From Marsupella aquatica (Eukaryota; Plantae; Marchantiophyta), in NCBI GenBank assembly GCA_973895155.1, contig OZ316894.1:25790709-25854708 (forward strand): 64,000 nt of DNA. The letters run 5' to 3'. Numbering within the stretch: position 1 is the first letter of the stretch; every line of letters starts with the position of its first letter. Below the pieces are notes generated by a model that was not told where the DNA came from, searched no databases, and saw nothing but the letters and a program-made list of their open reading frames with translations. Below, piece by piece: positions 38,710-50,473 of this stretch. Position numbers and translations under genes: made by a program.

Positions 38710-39462
38710 GCCTACACATGAGACAGATAGTACAATTAAGTAGACAATACAGGCAATACATTTTGGCAGACTTTATAGACAATATATTTTAGCAGACTTC
38801 ACAGAAAGTAAAATTTAGCATTTAAGGTACAACGGCAACTTATACTGCAATGAATTGCAATGGCCACACAAGGATGCAGGGCAGACATACTTTTGGTTTG
38901 TTGAGCCCACACACAAAACTGATCTCCTAGTACAATTGCTCCACCAGCACCTCAATTTTGTGGCTATGATTCACCAAAAAAGATCTGCAACAACATTTCA
39001 TGCATTTGAATCACATACAATAGTCATCACATGAAAAACAGGCATTTTTCCAACAAGATTGGGATCAAGTAGTGTGATGAGGGTTGTACTTTATACATCC
39101 TATATATAGGCTATGATAGTGAGACAAATAAGTTTGAATACATGACTGTATGGGATGTTTGCAGGTTATGACATGGCCCATTAATTCTGTCATATAATGT
39201 TACAATGTTGGCCAAGTTAAAGCAATCATTCAAGCAGTCTTTCATTGGAGAATTTAAAGAGAGCTTGCTTAATTCTTACATTAGGATTCCACTTAGTGCA
39301 GCCAAATTAGGATATTAAGTTATATACTATGGATCCTAAACCCTGCACCCAAAATTGCTCAAACTTCAAAATTTTAAATAAATATCCGCGGTGCTTAAGT
39401 CAGAGCATTAAGTTATAGGTCATTGCACTCTGGTTTGTGCATACGGTGTGACAAGTGCTCCT

Positions 39463-39912
39463 CTACAGCGTGTGATCCAAACATGTGTAGACGCCAAACG
39501 CACCGGTGGTGGGGTTTGGGAGGCCAGGACAAGTGACATGGCCAGGCACACTGCAGGATGGCGAGTGGTTCAAGATGATACATTGTGCTCTATGCAAAAA
39601 TCGACATCCAAGAGAACGGTCATCCAACTCTGGGCCAGAAGCCCGACAGGCAGGACAGTCATATTGGCAGCTGTGTACACACCCTTGGGCCCTAATTTGT
39701 GGCGGGTCATGTACAAGAGACAGAAATACCAAGGATGTTGGGATGGGTAGAGAAGCAGGTACAGGCCGACTGTAGTTATTCCTGGCAACAACAGGGTACT
39801 CAAAGTACCATGCAGACTGGGCAGGAAGGATCCCAAGTCTCACATACTCAAGGCGCAACCTCTCTGCCTTGCGTGCAAGCCGCACATGTTTAGCATTGCG
39901 GGTGCTCACCAT
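39463..39912 (-). CDS. Small basic/Cys-His protein with a PHD-like zinc finger, carried by the CACTA element
   Basis: Intact ATG-stop ORF of 149 aa; CPAC...C...CSVPGHVTC...YTCLDH gives C4HC2H-like spacing; basic N-terminus. Confidence 0.55.
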   Translation of the reverse strand: MVSTRNAKHVRLARKAERLRLEYVRLGILPAQSAWYFEYPVVARNNYSRPVPASLPIPTSLVFLSLVHDPPQIRAQGCVHSCQYDCPACRASGPELDDRSLGCRFLHRAQCIILNHSPSCSVPGHVTCPGLPNPTTGAFGVYTCLDHTL

Positions 39913-40524
39913 AACTGTTGCTTTTGTTCAGATGTCTTGTGTTCACGTCCTCTGACGTCCTTTGATCAGCAAGGTGAGCAGGAGCTGTACTTGCCTCACC
40001 AACAACAACCAACCTGAACTTATCAGTTCCCACTCACTGTGTCATTCCCTTGATTCCAACTAGAGGTCATAGTATAAACTTAGCATGAAACACTCCTAAT
40101 CAACAATGTTGCAAACTACAATATCCAAAAACACTGAAAGTCTCTGCCTGCAATGAGCAATAGAGAGGTAGTTCACTGCTTGCAAGAGTGACTGAGCAGG
40201 AGTGTAGGCAGACTGGCATTCAGTTGGCACAACTATATTGTGCATCAACACAAAATCTCTTATAAACATGATATGCATGAAACTCGTCGATAAAATAGAA
40301 GGAAACTAAACAATGGATGCAAAACAAAGCAAATTACAGCACAGGTCGGCACAGGAAGTGGCCCGCACCACTCAGTCAAACTTCATAACCAAAGTACAGA
40401 CTGTGTACACAATAAGGAGCTTCCTAAAAAAGAGACGGGTGGCAGAAAGGTCACTTGACAAAATGAAGATGGGAATGAAAAAACTGCCTCCAAGCTCAAT
40501 ACATGTGACCAAGTATATATTCAA

Positions 40525-41070
40525 AGAGGATCCCCAACAGAGCAGAAGACAGTATGATCCCAATTATGTTCTATCCATAACTACACGATCTGAAAAATGT
40601 TATGAGCAGACATGAAGAAGCCAGCAAACAGAGGAAACAGAGCAAAACAGAGCATGGATCGAGAAAATGAACAACATCTAGTTCTTACACAAGAAACTCA
40701 GTGACAGCAAACAAATTCACTAGCCCCAGGGAGTGAAAAGCAAATGAGTACCAAGCCAACCAACTAAGATTGACTATGAAATGCAAGTGACATCATTTCA
40801 ACCAAAAAAAACAATAAAGCACTTAGGCAACATTAATATAGAAGTGTAGTGGAATTATATCATGCGACAGATCGTACTTGGTTCTACCTGAGGTGTACAG
40901 GCATACTGCCCTCATGTAGAATGTGTATGCCCGCACATACACATGAGGATCCCCAACAAAGCATACAACAATATGATCTGAATTCCCAATTACTCTGTTC
41001 TGTCTATACCTATGTTCATCAAAAAATGTTATGAGCAGACATTGAGAAGCTAGCAAAACAGAGGAGCCAA
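40525..41070. repeat. Diverged direct duplication (~120 bp)
   Basis: gaggatccccaaca...aaaaatgttatgagcagacat..gaag...caaacagagg at ~40525-40640 and ~40945-41070. Confidence 0.75.
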
Positions 41071-44000
41071 TCGAAGCCAAAATATTACATTGCAGGTTGA
41101 ATACATCAATCACTGCCAAGAATGTATGCATGAAACAAACATGAAGGTATCGAATATGTATATGCATTACAGACTTTCATGCTAGACAGTGGCCAAAGTT
41201 CAAATGAACTAGTTTTGACTTTATGACTCTCAGAATGAAAATATTTTATTTCAGAATTATATTCTATTTCAGAATGGGTTCAACTCTGTGGATTTTGAAC
41301 TGTCCCACTTGGAATTCCACTATTTGGGCTATCTAAGAATGCAGTTCAAAGGACATACAGTGCAAGACAGTTAGAGATCATGTCTTCATTCCGACGTCCA
41401 ATTGGACATTTTATGTCACAAACTGCGCAAGCAATGAAGTCCATGGAATTTTCTCAAAAATGCAGCTTCTATTGTTGGTAAAAGCAACTATGAGTTTCCT
41501 ATTGAGTGCCCCCGATGCACAATACTACCAGAGGCCCACTTTAGACTGCGATGGCTGTCATTACTTATTGGGAACTCGGATGCATATATATTGAAATGCT
41601 TCGCAGAGTGTTCCGACCACAGGCAAACCTAACATCAATCTCAACATTTAGTCCCGTCTCAGAATTGATTTAGAGGAGGCTTAGCATTCAGTACAGTGTC
41701 AACAATCAGTCTTGTCTTCACATTCAACATCCGATTGCAAGGGGCTTTGATGAAAGCACAAGACAGAGCTATAGAAGAAGAGACAGAGGAAGGCACCTGT
41801 GTGTTCGGGGAAAATGTGAAGCTCCAAAGACCACCCTAAACTGAAATCGCAGCGCGCAGTTGGCCGGTCGTAGGTTGATAAAAGCAAAGCATAGAGCCAC
41901 TTGGACGTCTGCAATGTTGTGAACTTGCTCCTTTCCTCACACTATGACCGATGTCGCAAGGCACAACAGTCCTATCAATCCCCACAGAATGTGGAATCTT
42001 TCTGTCGCAGTTGAGGTCCTATGCCTGATGACATGATCAAGAATGAGTAGCTACAATGTCCAGTCTCTCTTGACAGGGTGACATAGCAGCAATACATACA
42101 TTGGATCAAAGCACGAGTCGGAGAAAAACAATGAGAGATAAAAATGGACTTTTGCTCACCCATGTGCTGGATGCAAGAATGCAGCTACGAGGGCCGGTCT
42201 CTAACTACAGCTCCTTGATGGCAAACCGCAGGCTCTTCCCGGTTCTTCAACCAAAAACTGACCCAAAACACACTCTTGCAATGTCCTGAGTTAGTCGCAA
42301 CAACTCCAATGTAGGTTGCAGCTGCCAATCCGTTCCCTCCGCCCTCCTTGCCAATGCCAACTCCCAATAGCAATGAGGCTTGTTTAGCTGACCTCCTTCG
42401 TAGGAGCTCCCAACTCCCAAAGGAAAACTGTCACTATTCATAGCTAAAAAACGGTCCTTGGACCTTGTCGCTGCCAATGTGCGTCGTGCGCTCAGTTCTC
42501 CTGCCCACCAAGAACTTCAACTATAACTTCAACTCCAATGCCCAAGAAGATTGATGAGCTCCTTAGTCAAAGACGCAGCTGGAAGGGTATGCACGCACTT
42601 ACAGTTCACTAAGCTCCAATGCCCGGGACGATTGAGGAGCTGCTCCCGAGACTGGTCGCAGCTTGCACTCTTCACCTCAGGAATCCCACGACGTTGTTCG
42701 AGCTCACAATACGCTTGGAAGAGAAGGATAGCTGCAGTAGACTTCACCCTAAGTCTTTACGCCTCCCACACAGGTCCCGCATTAGTAAAGCTTGTGTAGT
42801 GCCTTCTGTAGCAGTAGCGAAACTCCTGACTGACTCCCTCCTTCCGCAGCAGTAGTGATCACCTCCCTTGGCGCAGCTGCGAATGCGCTCTACTTGCAGC
42901 CCAAGGACTCAAATGTGTCCAACACGCAGCGATGGAAGGTTGGCAATGGGAGAACTTACATACGGGACCCACACCACCACAATGAGCTCGTAGTTTTACG
43001 AGGGAAAGTGAAGGAAATGCGCACCCTAGCCAGCCGCAAGGATGCACTTCCGCCTTGGTGTCTGCACCTTCTCCCGTCTCCCGATCGAACAAAGCTCAGA
43101 CATGTGTGACTAAACGGGACGTGCGACTAAACGGGATGCGGGAACGAAAAAGTTTCACCTGATGGTGGCGATCAACTCCATCCAATGGTGCGTGTCCCCC
43201 GATTAACCTCCTCCCCCTTGAGATTGATATAACCCCCACACCCATGTCATATAACCCCCTAAACCCCCTTTAGGTGTCTTGGTAAAACCCCCCCTTTAGG
43301 TGTCTTGCTACAACCCCCCCTAAACTCTGGCAGGAAGGGTTACATGCATGTGGATGAGTTAGCTAGGCCTAAACTGCACTTCATGTAACATAAAACCAAA
43401 AAAAGAGCCTCCCTAGCAAACCCTTATGCCCCTTGCATATAGTTCAGTCAATGGCTATGTAAAGCGTAATCCCATGGCTCAGAATGTGTATGGGATCGGG
43501 TAAATATCCTTTAACCAGGCATATGGCACTAGATTATTTTAAAAAGTGTTCAATGGCCACAATGAAAATGAATGGACAAGTCAATTTTGTTGACTAAATT
43601 GGACTTGGCTTACTATTGGCCATTGTCTTATGTTGACTAAGTATGACTATGTAGTCAGACCTGAATGACTCATTCAATAGAGCAAGATTTTTAAAAAGTT
43701 CAATTGTCTTAAGTAGTCATATACATGACTACTGATGACTATCAAGTCTTCTGGCGTCTCAAAAATAAGACTGATGTTCAAAGGTTGCACTTGCGTGGTC
43801 ACCCCAGTCACAAGTGATCTGGTCACGAAATGCCCCGGTTTCTACTAGTGGTTGGCACCTATACACGAGATTCACACATACACATACGCGCAAGCATACA
43901 ATCTTGATTTACACGAAAGAAATAAAGGGGAAGGATTTTACTACATAGGAGACATATGCGTACACTTAGTTGACCCGAAAGCTCTGGAATGAACAGGTCC

Positions 44001-44399
44001 AAGGCCGAGGGTGTACACTACAATGGAGCCCGGCTTCGCACTCGCCCAGCAAGCTTAGTCCCACACCCTCCCCTCGGTACTCTTTCACTCCCAGAGGTTG
44101 AGACTCCCCGCACATACCGCGGATGTCCAACACTGAGACTAAAAACCCCCTGCCTCTACCAAGGGGTGCACTAAATACTAAGGGCTGAGGAACGGAGTGC
44201 CCTCGCGCCCGAAGATTCGCTTACCTAAGGTCCTAACTAAGCTGGCTGTCAGGCCGGAAAATGGCTTGTCTTATTAGAAGATCCTAATCTACGCAGGTTG
44301 TGCAGCATGGTAATGCTGCTCTAACTAGGGCAGGTGCTTGTCCCCATAGCCTAATTGAGCTATTCCTAACTCTACTCTAATCCTACTCCGCCGCTAATG

Positions 44400-46423
44400 C
44401 CTGGCATGCTTGCCAGAGCCGCCTGAGTGGGAGCGGCTATCCCGCTACCTTCTGAGCCTATCGGTGTCCTGCTTGAGTAGCTGGACCTGGTCCAACAGAG
44501 ATTTGTTTTCCCACTTTGCCACGTCTGCCTCTTCCGCGGCTTCCTGGCATGCCTCCTCCAGTTGCTGGGTGTCAGTCGTCAGCTTGTCCACCAACTGGGC
44601 CTATTTTGTGGCTTCTCCTTGAAGCCGTGCCACCTTTGCCTTCAGGGCGTCAATCTTGGCTATGTCCCGCTGAGACCTGGAGTCAGCTTCCTCCAGATCC
44701 TTATGCCAACTGACAGCTTGCCCCTGCAAACCGTCAATCTTGGTTCGGAGCCGCGCAATCTTGGCGTCCTTTTCGAGCCCGGCCTTTACTGCCAACGCTG
44801 CTTGGGCTCTAGCCTCGGCGACCTGGTCCTCCGTGGCCGTTACTTGAGGCCGTAGTTGCTCGAGTTCAGCCTCCAGGGTTGCCACTTTGTCCTTCAGGTA
44901 GGCAGACTCAACCCGATATCGCTCTATTCTCTATGCGGTCTCTGCTTGCGCATGTCCTGCCCTTACTGCCGCAACCAACTCCTGGTTGAAGAAGTAGGCC
45001 ACCCTCCGGGCCATGTATTCCCCGGTGTCCCGAGAGATCTGTTGCAAGAAATCTCCCAACAACCCATTCAGAAATGTGCCCGGCGCAAAGAGTTTCGGAT
45101 GGTCTAGACTGTGTCCTTTGGGATTCGGGCACGGGCAGACTCCAACCCGTGCGGGAGTAGGAGTGGACACATCCAGCCCTTGAGGTAAGTCGGTCGAAGA
45201 GGCTGGTTCCACTGGAGGTGGGTGGTTCTCCTGCACAACCGCGGGGGGGGGGGGGTGGAGGAATCTCCCTGGCTACGGTGGCATCTGCTTCAGGTACGAC
45301 TTCATCCGGCCTGGCTTCGATGGCATTGTCCCGATTGATCGCGTCTAAGGTTGCGATAACGTCAATGGGTATGCCTGGCGGGGCGGTAGCGGCGGGTTGC
45401 GGGGTCGGGTAGCAGGACTTGCAGCTGCCAGACTTTGGGCCTCGGGCTGCGGTCGCCTTACCTGGGCTGGAAACACCCATTTTGGCGGGGTCAGCTCGGG
45501 CTCATTGAGACGCGGGAGGCTTTGGCGGTCAAAATGAGCGTACCACTCGAGGATGATTTTGACGTGGCTAGCAAAGTACGCCCTCCCACCAATGTACAGA
45601 GTCTTCCTTCTTCGCTCCATCTCCTCGTGGAACTTCTTGATGAAGGACGCCCACTTCCTGGGCCGATAGTTCTCCACCTAGATGACCTGAGCGGCCGATA
45701 TTTCTCCTCTAGGTTCCATCATGTGGAGGGCATACCGCTGGAACTCTAGGCGTTCTGCTACCTCCGGGATGAGGCACGTCCTCATTAAGAACCCATTGTC
45801 CACTACCCCTTTGGCCGGGAAGCTAGATGATTGGTATTTAGCTCCCTTGCCCCAGGAGCTTGTGACTCTACCCGATTTATCCCCTTGGGTAAGCCAAAAA
45901 TCATCTTCAGACGTGCCTCATCGAGACACATCACTCTCCCGTGCGCTTGGGTTTGTTGACGGGCCTCATCAAAGTTCTGAATGAACTCCGTCATATCCTG
46001 CCCGTAATACCTGCTCCCGTTCCAAGGGAGAGAGGCGAGGTGCTCAAACCCCAGGGTCTTCAGATAGCATGCATGCTTGGGGTGGAGGATGTTCTTGTGA
46101 ACGTTGTCCCCCATGCAATGCATGGTCAGCTTGGCTACCGCAACCGTGGCCAAAGGCAACCCGGATACGGCTGCGGGCTCCTTCCTCTTCCTACCCCAAG
46201 ACCGATTCTCGGGGTGACTAGAAGAAGGGGACATCTCTCCATCCTCTCGGTCAGGTGGTGGTAGCGCGATTGCCGTGAGTATTGGTGCTGGGGCCGCTAG
46301 CGTTACTGTGTTGTCCCCTCGGGCTTGCTGGGGTGGTGTGGGGTTGTTCGTACCCCGCGGTTGTCGATTCAGAGGAGGGTGAGCCTCATCGTCTTCGGAG
46401 CTGATATGTACCGCATTCACCAC
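44400..46423 (-). pseudogene. Gypsy-associated accessory ORF (plant transposon protein-like domain plus long coiled coil), disrupted
   Basis: LKTLGFEHLASLPW...MTEFIQNF...HGRVMCLDEARLKMIFGLP resembles Athila/Tat-type extra-ORF domains. Downstream pieces (45345-45677, 44931-45236, 44601-44885) share a frame and end in an Ala/Glu/Lys-rich coiled coil. Confidence 0.6.
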
Positions 46424-46800
46424 GGATCATACTCGGAGAGATGGTGGAACCGGTGGCGGGGACCGGCTTGGTTGAGGCCAAGGAGGTGTAGGTGCGGGTG
46501 CGGGTACGGGCACAGGTTGACCGGCACTGGTCGTTGATGGTAGAGTTGCCATGAAGTTTTGCAAGTGCCGGTGGAGGTTTTCCGACGCAAGTTGTTAACC
46601 ACTGAAGTTGACTGGCTGCCAACTCCTGGAGTTAACCCTCCTCCGGAACTCCTAACTCCTCCACTATCCTTCTTTATATCAATTAAACATCATACGGCTT
46701 CAATTGATCCGATTTCTCATTAGTGATGACCTGTACGATTACTCGAGACAGCGATCTAACTATCTGAGTTTGATCCTCCGCCTGTTATTTGAATTGAATG

Positions 46801-47460
46801 TCAATTTCCCTTTTCCCTTTTGGTTAATGATTCTTCAAATAGGATTTCCAAACCCATTGTAGAAAATCCCTCAGATACTGACTCTTCTTCTTCCTCTCTA
46901 ATAATTCTCACCCAACTCTCAATCAGGGCTTTACATTCATTTGGGGCATTTTGTAGCCCAAATGGGATGTGTTCCAATTTAAACGACCAATCAGAGGTAG
47001 CTAATTCCATGTTACCTACTCTGGGTCTCACTCAGAATTTGCCTCTTATCCATTACTCAAAATTTCACTTGGGCAAGGATTCCTTTAACTGTTTGTAATC
47101 TCAATCACCACATGCCATACTATTATGATATTTCCTTTTACAGGTTCCAACCAAATCCAAATGAATTCTCCATTGTTAAAGGTTAATATTCCCAGCCATC
47201 TCTTTTTCAATATCAATTTCTTAGTCTTGATTCTACTGACATACAACAAATACAAGCTATGCAATCGAATGCTCCCTGAATTCCTGCCAATAGGCCTTGA
47301 TTGCATCTTTCATTCCATGAACACATCAATTTCTTTACATGGTTTTTCTTCCATGGGCTTCCATCTACCTCCAGATCTAACAATCCGGCACTACCTCCTC
47401 CTGGGCTGCCTCTCGAGCTCCCTGATCCTGAAAGTTTCCACAACAAAAGACCCCTTACCA
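46801..47460 (-). pseudogene. Highly degenerate reverse-transcriptase-like relic
   Basis: WHVVI/DYKQL (across a frameshift) and EHIPFGLQNAP resemble the gypsy RT motifs R.VIDYR.LN and MPFGL.NAP. No YxDD motif seen. Confidence 0.45.
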
Positions 47461-47628
47461 TTCCTACTCTGCTATCCTATATCTCTTCTACAGACAGGTT
47501 TGTCTAACTTCCTCTAACAATTAGCAGTTGTAACTGTCAAACTGCTTATTCAGTTTTTCTAACCGCTTTATTCCACTAAAGGCACATGTTAATCGTTACT
47601 TGTCATAGTAACTCTTAATTGTTACTTG

Positions 47629-48258
47629 TTACTGGATCATGCATCGCTTAACTGGTTGTAGTCCAGTTAATCGTTCCTCGGAATGATCAGTCAAAGTTTT
47701 GTCCTCATTTGCGGTGGCTCCAATGTTAATCGCTTGCATGGCGACTTCCACCAGTTCTGCTTGTGTTTCACCGATTCCTGCCTCTGGTCGCCGGTATGTG
47801 GGGTGGATCCTCATTCTCTGGAATCCTAATATCTGTTGAGTTTTCTTGCTGCGGTTCTCTGCAATTCTAACTACCCAACACTCATTCATTACACGGTGAC
47901 ATTCTCTCTCTTGTGCACCAAGTTGCTTGTGAAATTCATGGCCGGGCACTCCAAACAATTGACATCCTGCTTCTTCCCACACCTGATACACAACTGTATT
48001 GATTTGCACAAAGAAATTGTACATGTGTTGGCCTGATCCAACCGTTCTACAAAAATGATTGGTTCGCTTCCGCATTGACAACCCTGCATCCTGGTGTTCT
48101 CTGTTTAGCCTAGCTTTGCGAGCACTTGGACCTAAAGCGCACGTTTTCCCATCTTCCAAGGGAATATCACATCCTTCATAAACTAACTCGCTACCATGCA
48201 TGCCCCAAATCACCTCAATGGTTACTCCAATCAGGCATAAGACTCTAGATTGCTCCAT
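47629..48258 (-). CDS. Hypothetical 209-aa protein inside the TG...CA element
   Basis: Intact ATG-stop ORF, co-oriented with neighbours downstream of the TATA box; no recognised domain. Confidence 0.4.
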   Translation of the reverse strand: MEQSRVLCLIGVTIEVIWGMHGSELVYEGCDIPLEDGKTCALGPSARKARLNREHQDAGLSMRKRTNHFCRTVGSGQHMYNFFVQINTVVYQVWEEAGCQLFGVPGHEFHKQLGAQERECHRVMNECWVVRIAENRSKKTQQILGFQRMRIHPTYRRPEAGIGETQAELVEVAMQAINIGATANEDKTLTDHSEERLTGLQPVKRCMIQ

Positions 48259-48525
48259 TTCTGTAGAGTTGCTGCTATACTACAAAAACTGAACTTCGAC
48301 TGGAAAATGAAGTTCGTCTAAAGATTTTTAGGGTTAACATAGAGGAGGCCCTAAAGTCCCGACTTCTACTTAACTATAACTAAATGATTAGTTTACTTGC
48401 TACTAATCCTACTTTGCTAAAATTTAACATTTCACAAGTGAAGATGGTCCTGTCGACCGGGTAGTGTTGAACTCGCCGTTGATGATAGCCCGGACCCGAG
48501 CGGGGATGTGGTCGAAGTGGTGCCG

Positions 48526-48843
48526 CTATAAGTCGATCGTGCCCGGAATATTGAAGACCTTGTCCGGAAGCCGAAGCAGTGCCTCCCAGAAGCCGATGTA
48601 TTTGCCTCCATCGAAGAAGTACCCTGATACTTCTTCGGGTCGGTAAAGCTCGCTCTGGAACGAGTAATCAAAGTTAAGGAGATAGTGGTGTCGTCCTACT
48701 AGGCGGATGGCTCTCTCGTATTCGCGTTCGGTCTCGTATTGGCGCGGGTTGGCGTGTTTCAATGAGTCGGCCAAGTGTCCTCCGATAGACAGGAACTGAG
48801 TCCAGAATCGTATGGCCAAACTGGAAAGGATCGTGTGCGACAT
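48526..48843 (-). CDS. Hypothetical protein inside the TG...CA element (frame continues ~30 codons past a TAG)
   Basis: First ATG ~100 bp downstream of TATAAAA (48943-48949); GC-rich, coding-like sequence. Confidence 0.4.
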   Translation of the reverse strand: MSHTILSSLAIRFWTQFLSIGGHLADSLKHANPRQYETEREYERAIRLVGRHHYLLNFDYSFQSELYRPEEVSGYFFDGGKYIGFWEALLRLPDKVFNIPGTIDL

Positions 48844-49994
48844 TCAGAGGATATAGCAGGTGACTAAGGAAAAGCGAGAGAGCTGGGATCAAAGCTGGCG
48901 CGTAGACTGGAGAGCTGGTGCACTGCAAAGGATCGGCCCCCCTTTTATACCCCTGAGAGCTCATCAATTGCCCAACGCCTCCTCGTCGCTTATAGGTTGA
49001 TCCTTTCATGCTCGCAGTGTACCGGCCCCCTCTCCAGTCCGGGTCAGCTCGTGTCAATGGCCGCCTCCCAGAGTTTGTTATACGAACCCGAGGGAGGGGA
49101 AAAAGGGACCATTACACGCTCACAACCCGGGCGTGCGAATGGTGACCCGCCGCCAGCCCGAACATGAATTCCCCTTATTGACTAATGATTTCCTACTCAT
49201 AATGGCTACCTAAATACTGTCGTTATGCTAATAATAACGGCCTAAGATACCCCTAATGCGCGTGCTAAGCGCGGTTAGACCGAATTACTCATTACCCACC
49301 GTACCGGCGGCGCCACAGTTTCCAGCCCAAATCTTGGTTCTCGTGGATGGAGAGGTGCTTTTTAGCCATGTATATGAATCTTCACTGTGTTCAACACATG
49401 TCCATGGCGATCTGTAATCGCCAAGGTTGAGCAAGTTTACAATAAACATCGAGCCCAACATTGCTAGATCTCTTGAGGTTGATTCTGTCAATGGTGAGGA
49501 ATTCATGTTGCCGGTGTGGATTGTCTGCTCTATCAACCAATATGGTGAATCATGTACCAAGTTGCACATGATACTATCCTTTTGAGTCTTGAGCTGGCAA
49601 TAGCAATGTCTTTGCTTTGGCAATAAGTTTGTGGTTGGCCAGCTGAGAGCACCTGGTCCGGTTGAGGTACATCCATGTTGCATCATTGGCATCCTCATTA
49701 CACATATCCCAGTTTTGTCTTGTCTAGCATATTGATCTGCTACCTTTGCTCTTCTCAAATCCTTATTCTCATCATACAAGAGGAACTCTGCGTTGAGAAA
49801 ATCAGGGTCCGAAAACTCCTGTTCCTCATGAATTTCCAGACCTGTCATCACAAACACCAGATTAAAAAATGATATTTCTACTTAGATGTACACAAGTGAT
49901 GCCAAAAATTTGAAGCTTTGCATGTCATCGACAACGCAAATTGAATATTTGCTTCCAATGACGGTTCACCCATTTCTCTTACCTCCCACAAACG

Positions 49995-50281
49995 CTCGGG
50001 GGGTTGACTATCAAAAATCTTAGGAACCATGTGCGATCCAAAATAGGGATTTTTTGGCAGATTTTAACTAAATTTTTTAAAAGCGTAGGAGGCAAAATAA
50101 GGTATTAGAAACTCATGTTTGTAGAATATTCTTTAATATATACTCTTTATAAAGTAAAATGGTTATTAATATTGAAAATAGAGAATATTCTTGGAATATT
50201 TTCTTTATAAAATAGGTCTATTTATATTAGGCTAGGATCGCACGTGGTACCCCAAAATATACACAAAGTTAACCCCCCGAG
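49995..50281. mobile_element. MITE (287 bp) with 8-bp TSD, inserted in the PPO CuB exon
   Basis: TIR CTCGGGGGGTT(G/A)AC, inner inverted ggaaccatgtgcgatcc/ggatcgcacgtggtacc, TSD CACAAACG (49987-49994, 50282-50289), AT-rich core. Confidence 0.92.
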
Positions 50282-50473
50282 CACAAACGATTCACATTTC
50301 TGTGGTCTCTGCTAACACCAAGCCCATGTCAACAGAGACCGGTGAGTCGAGTCCAACCCATGAACAAACAACAATGTGAGCTCTACTTTCCAAAATCCCA
50401 GCTGCCATTTCAGTTCAGCTGTGTTGCTTTTACACAAATGCCATAATCAATAACCAATCCCGAGGATTGTGCT

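Larger units (their letters stand above)
17937..43850 (-). mobile_element. Giant CACTA (En/Spm) DNA transposon, 25,914 bp
   Basis: TIRs CACTAATAGAAACCGGGG (17937) and, reverse-complemented, CACTAGTAGAAACCGGGG (ends 43850). 3-bp TSD GTT on both sides. Dense subterminal (A/G)TGACT/AGTCA motifs at ~17960-18580 and ~43560-43830. Internal TnpD transposase. Confidence 0.97.
17586..49317 (-). mobile_element. TG...CA-bounded element (5,815 bp once the nested CACTA is removed); giant solo-LTR-like or non-autonomous gypsy-derived unit with several ORFs
   Basis: Starts tgtcacgtcatcg at 17586 and ends cggcggcgccaca at 49317. Exact 5-bp TSD GTTTC (17581-17585, 49318-49322). Removing it rejoins PPO coding sequence. 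TATAAAA on minus at 48943-48949. Confidence 0.85.

Noticed and set aside
41700-43110. Cluster of short ORFs near the CACTA right end
   Set aside because: No recognisable motifs on either strand. May be captured UTR-like sequence but is unsupported.
49305-49315. TGGCGCCG on the minus strand looks like a gypsy primer-binding site
   Set aside because: It lies 2 nt inside the element terminus defined by the GTTTC TSD, and the adjacent sequence is PPO rather than an LTR. It is simply the element end.
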